This document shows, one piece after another, positions 1-8,323 of a stretch of 64,000 nucleotides of DNA; the first letter of the stretch is position 1, and every line of letters begins with the position of its first letter. Under the pieces are notes generated by a model, which searched no databases, was not told the origin of the DNA, and worked only from the letters and a program-made list of their open reading frames with translations. The position numbers and the translations under genes were made by a program. Source of the DNA: an uncultured Gammaproteobacteria bacterium (GTDB lineage: Bacteria; Patescibacteriota; Microgenomatia; Levybacterales; GWA1-39-11); assembly GCA_964452165.1 (NCBI GenBank), contig CAYVKP010000001.1, forward strand, positions 426,375-490,374, in the 5' to 3' direction.

Positions 1-1
1 C

Positions 2-979
2 ATTGTAAAAAACCCTAAATACCCCGATGAACCATTAAATCCTGCTTACGTTGCAGGCGTCGATCACCCAAATGAAATATACTCTCATCAGGCAAGTAAA
101 GATCAAATGAGGGGATTTAAAAAACTCGCAGATATGGGAAATCTCGTCGGCTCGAGAGGTGGATTTGTTATTCAGGAAGTATATGTAGGTACGGAAGAAA
201 GAGCAATATTGTACAGGCTTTCGGAGTACGGCTTGAGCGTTCCATTTGATTTTGATCTAATTTTAGGTCCGGACTGGAGCGCTTATGGTGTTAGGAAAAT
301 CATTTTTGACTATTACGCTTTATTAAAAAAGGATGATATTGTTCCCTTGCCTTTGGGAAATCACGATCAACCAAGAGTTGCAACCCGCTTGGGAAGTCAA
401 AAAGACGCCAGGCTTGCCGCAATGCTTCAGATGACGCTCGACTGTCTGCCGGTTGTGTTTCAGGGTGAGGAGATAGGTATGGTAGACGTTGAAATTCCTC
501 CGGAAAAACGTCAGGATCCATTCGTCGATAAACTTAGGGATCCTGCACGTACACCAATGCAGTGGGACGATACTGATAATGCAGGTTTTACAAAAAAAGG
601 AATAGAGCCGTGGTTGCCAGTTGACCCCAACTATAAAGAAACAAATGTAAAAAAACAGCTTTTAGATTCCCGGTCAATGCTCTCACTTTACAAACACCTA
701 ATTTCAATAAGAAAAGAGAGGTTGATGCCCGGCCGACCTAAGGAAGTGGTTGTAAATAACGATAATGTCTTAGCATACAAAAGAAACACGGCAGATGGTA
801 AAAAGGCACTCATCCTTTTAAACTTCGCGGAAGAACAGGTTACCATACATATAAAATCATCAGTATCTCAGTCTGGAAGGTTACTTATTAACACGTCCAT
901 AGATAATCAGATGGGAAAGATTTTTAAATTCGACAACTTCACTCTTGAACCAAAAGAAGGGTATATCTTTCTAGCATAG
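2..979 (+). CDS. GH13 alpha-glucosidase / alpha-amylase family, 5' truncated by window edge
   Basis: Frame is open from base 2. Motifs GNHDQPR, FQGEEIGM, RDPARTPMQW and PWLPV are typical of GH13 oligo-1,6-glucosidases. Confidence 0.9.
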   Translation: MVKNPKYPDEPLNPAYVAGVDHPNEIYSHQASKDQMRGFKKLADMGNLVGSRGGFVIQEVYVGTEERAILYRLSEYGLSVPFDFDLILGPDWSAYGVRKIIFDYYALLKKDDIVPLPLGNHDQPRVATRLGSQKDARLAAMLQMTLDCLPVVFQGEEIGMVDVEIPPEKRQDPFVDKLRDPARTPMQWDDTDNAGFTKKGIEPWLPVDPNYKETNVKKQLLDSRSMLSLYKHLISIRKERLMPGRPKEVVVNNDNVLAYKRNTADGKKALILLNFAEEQVTIHIKSSVSQSGRLLINTSIDNQMGKIFKFDNFTLEPKEGYIFLA

Positions 980-1109
980 AGCAGGCCTCCTTAACGGAAC
1001 GGCTTTACAAGCCTCTTACGCGACGTTTATCCACAGAGCATTTGATAGGTGTATACTTAGTTGTTAAGAGAATCATGTTAATTTTATTAAATGGTAGGGA
1101 GGTGAGAAT

Positions 1110-1307
1110 ATGACGGATAAAAACGAAAAATGTTGTGAAAATTGCGGTAACTGCAATAACTGTGGTTGTAACTGCGGCGGACACGGAATGATGATGATGG
1201 ATTGTTGCCAAGAGCACAAGATGTCTAAGGAGCATCTGGAAGCAAAGAAAACAAGACTTGAGGAAAAACTCAAGTGGGTGAATGAAAAACTAGGAGAGTC
1301 AAAATAA
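1110..1307 (+). CDS. Small Cys/His/Met-rich protein with C-terminal coiled coil (metallothionein-like)
   Basis: Strong SD (GGGAGGTGA) just upstream and TATACT at 1052-1057; 9 Cys in the first 33 aa. Confidence 0.7.
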   Translation: MTDKNEKCCENCGNCNNCGCNCGGHGMMMMDCCQEHKMSKEHLEAKKTRLEEKLKWVNEKLGESK

Positions 1308-1336
1308 TACCGCCTATCGTTTATAATTAATTAGGT

Positions 1337-1660
1337 ATGGTAGATTTAATAACCGGCAAAGGAAATTTAGCTGGGAAAGGCATTTATGCCGGACGGGATT
1401 TCAAGAAAGGTGAGGTTCTTATTAAGTATCGTCTCAAACACCTGACTCCGGAAGAATTTAATAATCTCCCTGAAAGCGAAAGAGAATTTACTCACGTACA
1501 CCACGGAGTAATTGATCTTTACAGTGAACCCGAGCGATACGTTAATCATTCCGATAGTCCTAATACTTATCAGGATTTGGTAAATATGTGTGATGTTGCT
1601 GCCCGAGATATTAAGAAAGGTGAAATGATAACAACCGATGCTACAAAAGATGATATATAA
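1337..1660 (+). CDS. SET-domain protein
   Basis: GKGIYAGRDFKKGE, RYVNHSDSPN and AARDIKKGEMIT motifs; TATAAT at 1322-1327. Confidence 0.85.
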   Translation: MVDLITGKGNLAGKGIYAGRDFKKGEVLIKYRLKHLTPEEFNNLPESEREFTHVHHGVIDLYSEPERYVNHSDSPNTYQDLVNMCDVAARDIKKGEMITTDATKDDI

Positions 1661-1721
1661 AATCCCCCCAATTCAATCTAATTTGAAAATTTAGCTTCGT
1701 GTTTGCTATAATGCCTCTCCT

Positions 1722-2309
1722 ATGCATGAAAAGGTCATTTTTATCATTCCGGGATTTAGGCAGAGGTCTAAAAGTCGTGCCTATCGGGAAATTACAAAAA
1801 TATTGGCTAACGAAGGGTATTTTCCTATAGTCGTTTCTTTATCGTGGGATAAAACTACAGTGTCCCAGAATACGGAGCATTTTATTGAAGAGTTTGAGAA
1901 GGCCAAAGGGAAAAAAAGATATATTCTGGGATTTTCTTTTGGTGCGATGATTGGTTTAATTGCATCAACTAAAGTAGAAGTTGATGGTTTGGTTCTTTGT
2001 TCGCTCTCTCCTTACTTTTCCGAAGATTTACCTAAGATCGGCTATCACTGGAAACCGTCAACTTTGGCTCGTTATCAAGATTTTGCAGGACTTTCTTACG
2101 CAAAAATTGCCTCACAAACAAAAGCAAAAAAAGTGCTCATGCTTTATGGAGAAAAAGAGGCGAAGTCGCTTGTCAGAAGAGTTGTGGGAGCTTTTGGGAA
2201 AATACCTGCTGCGAGTAAACGCTTAATTCCGATTGAAAAAACCGAACATGAGATAGGCGATAAAAACTATCTTGCCACGATCCACTGGGTAAGCCGCAAT
2301 CTTCTTTAG
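1722..2309 (+). CDS. Alpha/beta hydrolase fold protein
   Basis: IIPGF oxyanion-like motif, GFSFG nucleophile elbow, C-terminal His (TEHEI). Confidence 0.8.
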   Translation: MHEKVIFIIPGFRQRSKSRAYREITKILANEGYFPIVVSLSWDKTTVSQNTEHFIEEFEKAKGKKRYILGFSFGAMIGLIASTKVEVDGLVLCSLSPYFSEDLPKIGYHWKPSTLARYQDFAGLSYAKIASQTKAKKVLMLYGEKEAKSLVRRVVGAFGKIPAASKRLIPIEKTEHEIGDKNYLATIHWVSRNLL

Positions 2310-2330
2310 GTTCGTATCTACCAAAAAGGG

Positions 2331-2360
2331 TTGACATGACGACCAAAACCATCTAATACT
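2331..2360 (+). promoter_or_regulatory. Sigma70-type promoter of the methyltransferase gene
   Basis: Perfect TTGACA at 2331-2336, then TAATACT ending 6 nt before the GTG start. Confidence 0.55.
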
Positions 2361-2366
2361 TTAATA

Positions 2367-3158
2367 GTGAAAGATTACTCCTCTATAAATCGCAAGTGGT
2401 GGAATGACGTTACGTTAGTTCATTCAAAATCAAAATTATATGACCTCGAGAATTTTAAAAAAGGAAAAACTAGTTTACAAAAGACTGAAATAGACGAGTT
2501 GGGAAGTGTTCGCAATAAAACATTATTGCATCTCCTTTGTCATTTTGGGATGGATACTCTTTCCTGGGCAAGACGCGGAGCAATTGTGACAGGAGTTGAT
2601 CTATCAGATGATTCAATCCGTTTAGCAAAAAAACTGAGCAGGCAGATCGGAGTCCCCGGAAATTTTGTTTGTTCTGACATTTATAGTCTGCCAAAAGTTT
2701 TGGATAAAAAGTTCGACATAGTTTTTGCTTCTTACGGAGTCCTCTTGTGGCTATCAAGTATTAAGAAATTCGCAAAAATCGTTAAGCACTTTTTGGCTCC
2801 CGGGGGAACGTTTTACATAATAGATCTCCATCCTTTTACAGAAATCATAAGCCATGACTTTAAGTTTGCATATAAATATTTTGACCGCGGACCTTATCTT
2901 GATGATTCGTCCGGTACTTATACGGATTGGAGTAGCGATGACGTAAGTGGTATCACTTATGAATGGAGTCATACAGTAAGTGACGTTATTAATTCATTGA
3001 TAGGGCAAGGTTTGAAAATAGAATTCCTTCACGAATTTCCCTATACCATGTATGACCAGTTCCCCGGATTTATGGAAAAGAATAAAAAAGGACAATACGT
3101 TTTGAAAGATAAGAAGATCCAGGTTCCTTTGCTTTTTTCTCTTAAAGCAACCAAGTAA
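2367..3158 (+). CDS. Class I SAM-dependent methyltransferase
   Basis: LHLLCHFG motif I variant, VTGVDLS, FDIVFASYG, LAPGGTFY. Confidence 0.88.
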   Translation: MKDYSSINRKWWNDVTLVHSKSKLYDLENFKKGKTSLQKTEIDELGSVRNKTLLHLLCHFGMDTLSWARRGAIVTGVDLSDDSIRLAKKLSRQIGVPGNFVCSDIYSLPKVLDKKFDIVFASYGVLLWLSSIKKFAKIVKHFLAPGGTFYIIDLHPFTEIISHDFKFAYKYFDRGPYLDDSSGTYTDWSSDDVSGITYEWSHTVSDVINSLIGQGLKIEFLHEFPYTMYDQFPGFMEKNKKGQYVLKDKKIQVPLLFSLKATK

Positions 3159-3176
3159 TTTGCTATACTCACCTTA

Positions 3177-3752
3177 ATGAAGGAAATTATTCTCCCCCTG
3201 AGCATCATTATTAACATGGTTTCATACTCCTCTTATATAATTGCGATTTTCAGGGGTAAAGCAAAACCACACAGGACAACGCGGTTCGTTCTGCTTACAC
3301 TCTCGGCCCTAGCTACACTTTCTCTTCTCGCGCAGCATAACTCCGTAGCGGTTTGGTTGGCGGGAGCAAATCTTACATTCTCTTCGGTTTTGTTTTTGTT
3401 AAGTTTCAAATATGGGATGGGAGGGTGGAGCAAAATGGATATTTTGTGTTTGGTTATAGCCGTGGTTGGAATTATTATTTGGCAGGTAACGGGGAGCTCC
3501 ACACTCGCCTTGTACGCTGCGATTTTGGCAGATTTTACAGGAATGGTACCAACAATTATTAAAAGTTATTATCATCCCAAAACTGAAGTTTGGTATTTCT
3601 TCTTTTTGGCTGGAATTGGTGCTGCTCTTAATCTTTTGGCAACTCGAGTTTGGACATTTCAAGAATACGCCTTCCCTCTTTACATAACATTAATCAATAC
3701 CGGGATGGTGACTTTATTCTTCAGGCATAAACTTCTGAAAAATTTAAAATAA
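3177..3752 (+). CDS. Hypothetical multi-pass membrane protein (two-repeat, PQ-loop-like)
   Basis: About 7 hydrophobic segments; KPHRTT and PTIIKSY..P..E motifs. Confidence 0.6.
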   Translation: MKEIILPLSIIINMVSYSSYIIAIFRGKAKPHRTTRFVLLTLSALATLSLLAQHNSVAVWLAGANLTFSSVLFLLSFKYGMGGWSKMDILCLVIAVVGIIIWQVTGSSTLALYAAILADFTGMVPTIIKSYYHPKTEVWYFFFLAGIGAALNLLATRVWTFQEYAFPLYITLINTGMVTLFFRHKLLKNLK

Positions 3753-3772
3753 TCGGGTATACTTAGGCAGTC

Positions 3773-4348
3773 ATGTTTACAGGAATAATTACAAATCTTG
3801 GAGCGGTCATACAAAAAAAACAATCAAAGCTTACCATAAAGGCGGACAAAAGTTTGCTTAAAAAAATCGAAAATGGAACAAGCATTTCAGTAGATGGGAT
3901 CTGTTTGACTGCCGTAGAGATTAATGAAGAGTCTTTCGTAATAGACTTTATGCCGGAGACTCATGAACTGACGAATATAAAATATTTGGTTGACGGTGAT
4001 ATTGTTAATTTAGAGCTACCCGCAACTCCTGCCACTTTTTTGTCAGGACATATTCTTCAGGGGCACGTTGACGGGGTAGGAAGACTTGAGGAGTTAACAG
4101 AGGAAGGGAATAGTCGTATTTTAAAGTTTTCAATACCAAAGTCCTTGTCCAAATATATTGTTGAAAAGGGTTCAATCGGAGTGAATGGAATATCGCTGAC
4201 GGTCATTGATGTTGCCAACGAAATTTTTACAGTTGGTATTATCCCGTACACATGGGATAATACCATGTTGTCGGGACTCATCCGGGGTAGCGCAGTAAAT
4301 ATTGAGGTCGACGTTTTGGCAAAATATTTGGAAAAGCTTAACAAATGA
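3773..4348 (+). CDS. ribE: Riboflavin synthase
   Basis: N-terminal MFTGII, DGICLT, VNLE, GHILQGHVDG, NGISLTV, VNIEVD. Confidence 0.95.
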   Translation: MFTGIITNLGAVIQKKQSKLTIKADKSLLKKIENGTSISVDGICLTAVEINEESFVIDFMPETHELTNIKYLVDGDIVNLELPATPATFLSGHILQGHVDGVGRLEELTEEGNSRILKFSIPKSLSKYIVEKGSIGVNGISLTVIDVANEIFTVGIIPYTWDNTMLSGLIRGSAVNIEVDVLAKYLEKLNK

Positions 4349-4788
4349 AAAAGACGGAGGAAATTAAAATCGCAATAATTGGGAGTAATTTTCAAAGAGA
4401 AATTACTGATGCTCTTGAGGAGCATTGTATCGATACTCTCTTAGGGAAAGGCATCAGGAAAGAGCAGATACTTTCCGTTCGAGTTCCAGGTTCGCTTGAA
4501 ATACCGCTTGCAGCAAAAAAACTTGCCGAGAAAAATAAATTTGATGCTCTTATCGCTATTGGAGCAATTCACAAAGGTGAGACATATCACTTTGAGCAAG
4601 TTGCAGATCAATGTATTCGCGGCTGCATGGATGTTTCATGGCAGTATGGGATACCGGTGATTTATGAAGTTCTGGCAGTTTACAACATTGAAGATGCAAG
4701 AAAACGAGCAACAAGAGAAGAAGGAAATAGGGGACAAGAAGCAGCGCTGGCCGCATTATCAATGATAGATACAATAGCCAAGATTTAG
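4345..4788 (+). CDS. ribH: 6,7-dimethyl-8-ribityllumazine synthase
   Basis: VPGSLEIP, GETYHFE and NRGQEAALAA motifs; ATGA overlap with ribE. Confidence 0.93.
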   Translation: MKKTEEIKIAIIGSNFQREITDALEEHCIDTLLGKGIRKEQILSVRVPGSLEIPLAAKKLAEKNKFDALIAIGAIHKGETYHFEQVADQCIRGCMDVSWQYGIPVIYEVLAVYNIEDARKRATREEGNRGQEAALAALSMIDTIAKI

Positions 4789-5153
4789 TCTTTAAAAAGA
4801 TCTTTTACTTCTTCTACATCTTTCTCCATTTGTTTAACTAGCTCTTTTTCCGTATCGAATTTTTTATTCCCACGAATTTTTTTGAACAGTTTAACTGTAA
4901 CTCTTTTGTCATAAATATCTTGATCGAAATCAAAAATATAAGTCTCGGACTTGTAGTCTTTCTCATCAAAGGTTTTTGCCGAGCCAATAAACGTAACTGC
5001 GTTGAAAATTGTTTGGTCAATTGTAATTTGTGAAGCGTAAATTCCCTCCGGAATTTTTTTGTGAAGCGGAACATTTGCGGTAGGGAAACCCAATTGTTTG
5101 CCTCGATTCTTTCCAGAAACAATTTTGCCCCGAAATGTTTGTAAAGATTTCAT
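4785..5153 (-). CDS. Stand-alone riboflavin kinase (RibF C-terminal domain only)
   Basis: GKNRGKQLGFPTAN, GIYA, ETYIFDFD and KIRGNKKF motifs; no FAD synthetase domain. Confidence 0.9.
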   Translation of the reverse strand: MKSLQTFRGKIVSGKNRGKQLGFPTANVPLHKKIPEGIYASQITIDQTIFNAVTFIGSAKTFDEKDYKSETYIFDFDQDIYDKRVTVKLFKKIRGNKKFDTEKELVKQMEKDVEEVKDLFKD

Positions 5154-5280
5154 GCTGATCAGTATACCACCTCTTTTGTGAACATGAAATTGGCTGAGGG
5201 TCGATCAGCTTTCTCTTACTCTATTCTTATTGACTAAGCTTCAGATATGAGCTATATTTAACTGTCTTCAAACGCAGGGG

Positions 5281-5310
5281 TTGACAAATTAGCAAATGCA
5301 GTGCTATACT
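5281..5310 (+). promoter_or_regulatory. Sigma70 promoter of lon
   Basis: TTGACA (5281-5286), 18-nt spacer, extended -10 TG-C-TATACT (5302-5310). Confidence 0.8.
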
Positions 5311-5315
5311 GCTAA
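5289..5315. promoter_or_regulatory. CIRCE-like (HrcA) operator overlapping the lon promoter
   Basis: TTAGCAaat-N9-tAcTGCTAA versus consensus TTAGCACTC-N9-GAGTGCTAA, with exact 27-bp geometry. Confidence 0.6.
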
Positions 5316-5324
5316 GTATTCGCC

Positions 5325-7727
5325 ATGATACACCTATCAGGTAAGAGAAACGAACAACTGATCCCGGTAATTCCAATAAGAGACGGAATTGTTTTCCCCC
5401 ACACAGAGTCAATTCTTACTTTTGGACGACCGAAAAGCCTAGCCGCTCTGGAATCTGCATTTGCAGGAGAAAGGGTTGTATGCTTTGTTCTTCAAAAAAA
5501 TCCCAAGCAGAACGATCCCGAGCCTTCGGATCTATATTCAATGGGTACAGTTTCCCACATTGAAAGAATGATCCGCACAGATGGTGAGGTTAATGCGCTG
5601 GTTCGTGGATTATCACGTGCCAAGATAGTTTCTTACGATGACAAAACCGGATATTTCCTTGCGCGCGTAGAAGAAATAGATGAGGAGAATGTTGATACCG
5701 CTGAAATTAAAGCCCTTTCAAACCACTTGATTGCTGAATTTAAAAAAGCGCTTTCTTTGGGCAAGCAAGCCGATTTTCTAGTCTTCATGAATATAATGTC
5801 TGAAGTTGCTCCTTCAGAGCTTGCTGATCAAATAGCATCAACCCTTGATATTAAGGGTTCTGAGCGCCAAGAGCTTCTTGAGACGATTGATGTAAAGAAA
5901 AGACTTGAGAAAGTTTCGGAGTTTTTGTCACGTGAGGTAAAAGTTTTGGAGCTTGAGAGAAAAATTTCAAGCAAAACTCAAGAGCAATTTGAGAAAAGCG
6001 CCAAGGAAGCAATACTTCGCGAGAGAATCAAGACAATAGAAAAAGAGCTCGGAGATTCTGAGGAGGGCAGTGAAGTAAAAGAGTTGCTCGATAAAATAAA
6101 AGCTGCCGGAATGCCAAAAGAAGTTGAAGAGAAGGCAAGAAAAGAGTTGAAGAAGCTTTCACAAACTACTCCGTATAATCCCGAGGCTGGCTATATCCGT
6201 AACTACCTCGAGACTTTAGTTTCGCTTCCTTGGAGCAAGAAGTCAAAGAGCAACGTAGACCTTCCGGACGCTGAAAAAATTTTAGATGAAGATCACTATG
6301 GTCTTAAAAAAGCAAAAGAGAGAATAGTTGAATACTTGGCAGTTCACAAGCTGGCTGGAAAAATGAGAGGTCCAATTCTATGTTTTGCCGGACCCCCCGG
6401 AGTTGGAAAAACATCAATAGGTAAATCAATAGCGCGAGCACTGGGCAGAAAATTCGTCAAAGTCTCTCTTGGAGGAATTCGCGATGAAGCAGAAATCCGC
6501 GGACACAGAAGAACTTATGTTGGAGCGCTTCCCGGACGAATAATCCAGGGAATCAAAGATGCAGGTACAAAAAATCCGGTATTTATGCTTGATGAAATTG
6601 ATAAAGTTGGCGCAGATTACCGTGGTGATCCATCAGCAGCCCTTCTTGAGGCTTTGGATCCAGAGCAGAATGATCAATTCTCAGATCACTACCTTGATGT
6701 TCCTTTCGATTTGTCGGATGTAATGTTTATAACGACAGCAAATATGCTGGATACAATTCCGCCGGCGCTTCGTGATCGACTCGAAATAATCAACTTCGCC
6801 GGATACACGGAAGAAGAGAAGTTCAATATTGCAAGCCGCTTCTTGATTAAAAAACAAATGGAAGCACATGGTCTAAAAGATAGTAATGTTGAGATTAAAG
6901 ATGACGCTGTCCACTTTATTATTGAGCGATATACAAGAGAAGCAGGAGTGAGATCTCTTGAGCGAGAATTTGCCGGAATTTTCAGAAAGATAGCAAAGTT
7001 GGTTGCAGAGAAAAAATCCGAAAAAACCATAGTTGATAAAAAGATGGTTGAAAAATTCCTGGGTCCAACCAAATTTACCTCATCGCTCGCCGAGAAAAAA
7101 GACGAGGTAGGTATGGCAACAGGACTTGCTTGGACTCCTGTTGGTGGGGAGATTTTGTTTATCGAAGTTGCTCTGATGCCTGGAAAAGGACAACTTATTC
7201 TGACGGGGCAATTGGGTGATGTCATGAAAGAATCGGCCCAAGCTGCCATGTCTTATATTCGTTCAAAAGCATCTCGCCTTGGATTGAGAGAAAATTTCTA
7301 CAGCAAAATTGATGTTCATATTCATGTGCCAGAGGGTGCAACGCCAAAAGACGGACCATCAGCCGGTGGAGCCATGACGACAGCTTTGGTTTCGGCGTTT
7401 ACAAAAATTCCCGTGAGCCACTTAGTTGGAATGACAGGTGAAGTGACGCTTCGCGGACGAATTCTTGAGATAGGTGGTCTTAAAGAGAAATTAATTGCTG
7501 CCCACAGGGCAGGTCTTAAGACAATAATTTTACCAAAAGACAATAGAAAAGATTTGGAAGATGTACCAAAACAGGTTCTTAAAGATTTGAGATTTGTTTT
7601 TGTATCTCATATGGATGAAGTATTGAAGGTTGCATTGACAAAAAGACTTGCAGGACTTGAAGATATCAGAGGAGAGCAGGCGCCATCAACTAATATTACT
7701 TCCCCAACCCCAATCGCCGCCGACTAA
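5325..7727 (+). CDS. lon: ATP-dependent protease La
   Basis: Walker A GPPGVGKTS, RGHRRTYVGA, DEIDK, catalytic PKDGPSAG, GGLKEK. Confidence 0.98.
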   Translation: MIHLSGKRNEQLIPVIPIRDGIVFPHTESILTFGRPKSLAALESAFAGERVVCFVLQKNPKQNDPEPSDLYSMGTVSHIERMIRTDGEVNALVRGLSRAKIVSYDDKTGYFLARVEEIDEENVDTAEIKALSNHLIAEFKKALSLGKQADFLVFMNIMSEVAPSELADQIASTLDIKGSERQELLETIDVKKRLEKVSEFLSREVKVLELERKISSKTQEQFEKSAKEAILRERIKTIEKELGDSEEGSEVKELLDKIKAAGMPKEVEEKARKELKKLSQTTPYNPEAGYIRNYLETLVSLPWSKKSKSNVDLPDAEKILDEDHYGLKKAKERIVEYLAVHKLAGKMRGPILCFAGPPGVGKTSIGKSIARALGRKFVKVSLGGIRDEAEIRGHRRTYVGALPGRIIQGIKDAGTKNPVFMLDEIDKVGADYRGDPSAALLEALDPEQNDQFSDHYLDVPFDLSDVMFITTANMLDTIPPALRDRLEIINFAGYTEEEKFNIASRFLIKKQMEAHGLKDSNVEIKDDAVHFIIERYTREAGVRSLEREFAGIFRKIAKLVAEKKSEKTIVDKKMVEKFLGPTKFTSSLAEKKDEVGMATGLAWTPVGGEILFIEVALMPGKGQLILTGQLGDVMKESAQAAMSYIRSKASRLGLRENFYSKIDVHIHVPEGATPKDGPSAGGAMTTALVSAFTKIPVSHLVGMTGEVTLRGRILEIGGLKEKLIAAHRAGLKTIILPKDNRKDLEDVPKQVLKDLRFVFVSHMDEVLKVALTKRLAGLEDIRGEQAPSTNITSPTPIAAD

Positions 7728-7788
7728 GAAATTTATCCAGGTCTCAAATGCTTTAGTATCGCGATAACCGGTGGTACAATATGTCACT

Positions 7789-8256
7789 ATGAAGACTAAA
7801 ACACAAAAAGCAAAAACAATTGTCTTGCAAAACAGGTATCTTACGATTGCCTCCACGGATAAAAATGGTAAGCCCTGGATTACTCCCGTTTTCTTTGCGT
7901 ATGACGATGATCTTAATCTCTATTGGGTATCAGGTAAAAATGCACGACACTCTGAAAATGTTCGCGCCAATCCCCAAGTTGCCATTGTGATTTTTGATTC
8001 AACGGAAGGTGAAGGAGAGGGAGATGCGATATATATAGAAGCAGAAACTCAAGAGTTAAAATCTAATAAGGAAATAGAAAAGGGAATGAGATACTATGAC
8101 GCTCGTGCATCTAAGGCAAAGTTTAAAGTAAAAAAACCTGAAAATGTAAAAGGAGAATCCGAGTGGAGATTTTATAAAGCAACTCCTATGGTGGCTTACA
8201 AGTCTGGAAAGCCAAAGACTGTTAATGGTCAATATATTGATACCAGGAGAAAATAA
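7789..8256 (+). CDS. Pyridoxamine 5'-phosphate oxidase-like FMN-binding split-barrel protein
   Basis: TIAST...GKPWITPVFF and RHSENVRANPQVA. Start moved to ATG 7789, downstream of TGGTACAAT. Confidence 0.8.
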   Translation: MKTKTQKAKTIVLQNRYLTIASTDKNGKPWITPVFFAYDDDLNLYWVSGKNARHSENVRANPQVAIVIFDSTEGEGEGDAIYIEAETQELKSNKEIEKGMRYYDARASKAKFKVKKPENVKGESEWRFYKATPMVAYKSGKPKTVNGQYIDTRRK

Positions 8257-8323
8257 GTCTTTCCGAGCTCAAAGATTTGTTAGAGTTTATTAAAAAATAA
8301 ATTGTTGATTAAGCAAATAACCA

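Noticed and set aside
5192-5215. Hairpin GCTGA-N7-TCAGC with T-rich tail as a terminator or riboswitch remnant
   Set aside because: The stem is short, it sits between divergent promoters, and no FMN riboswitch consensus is present.
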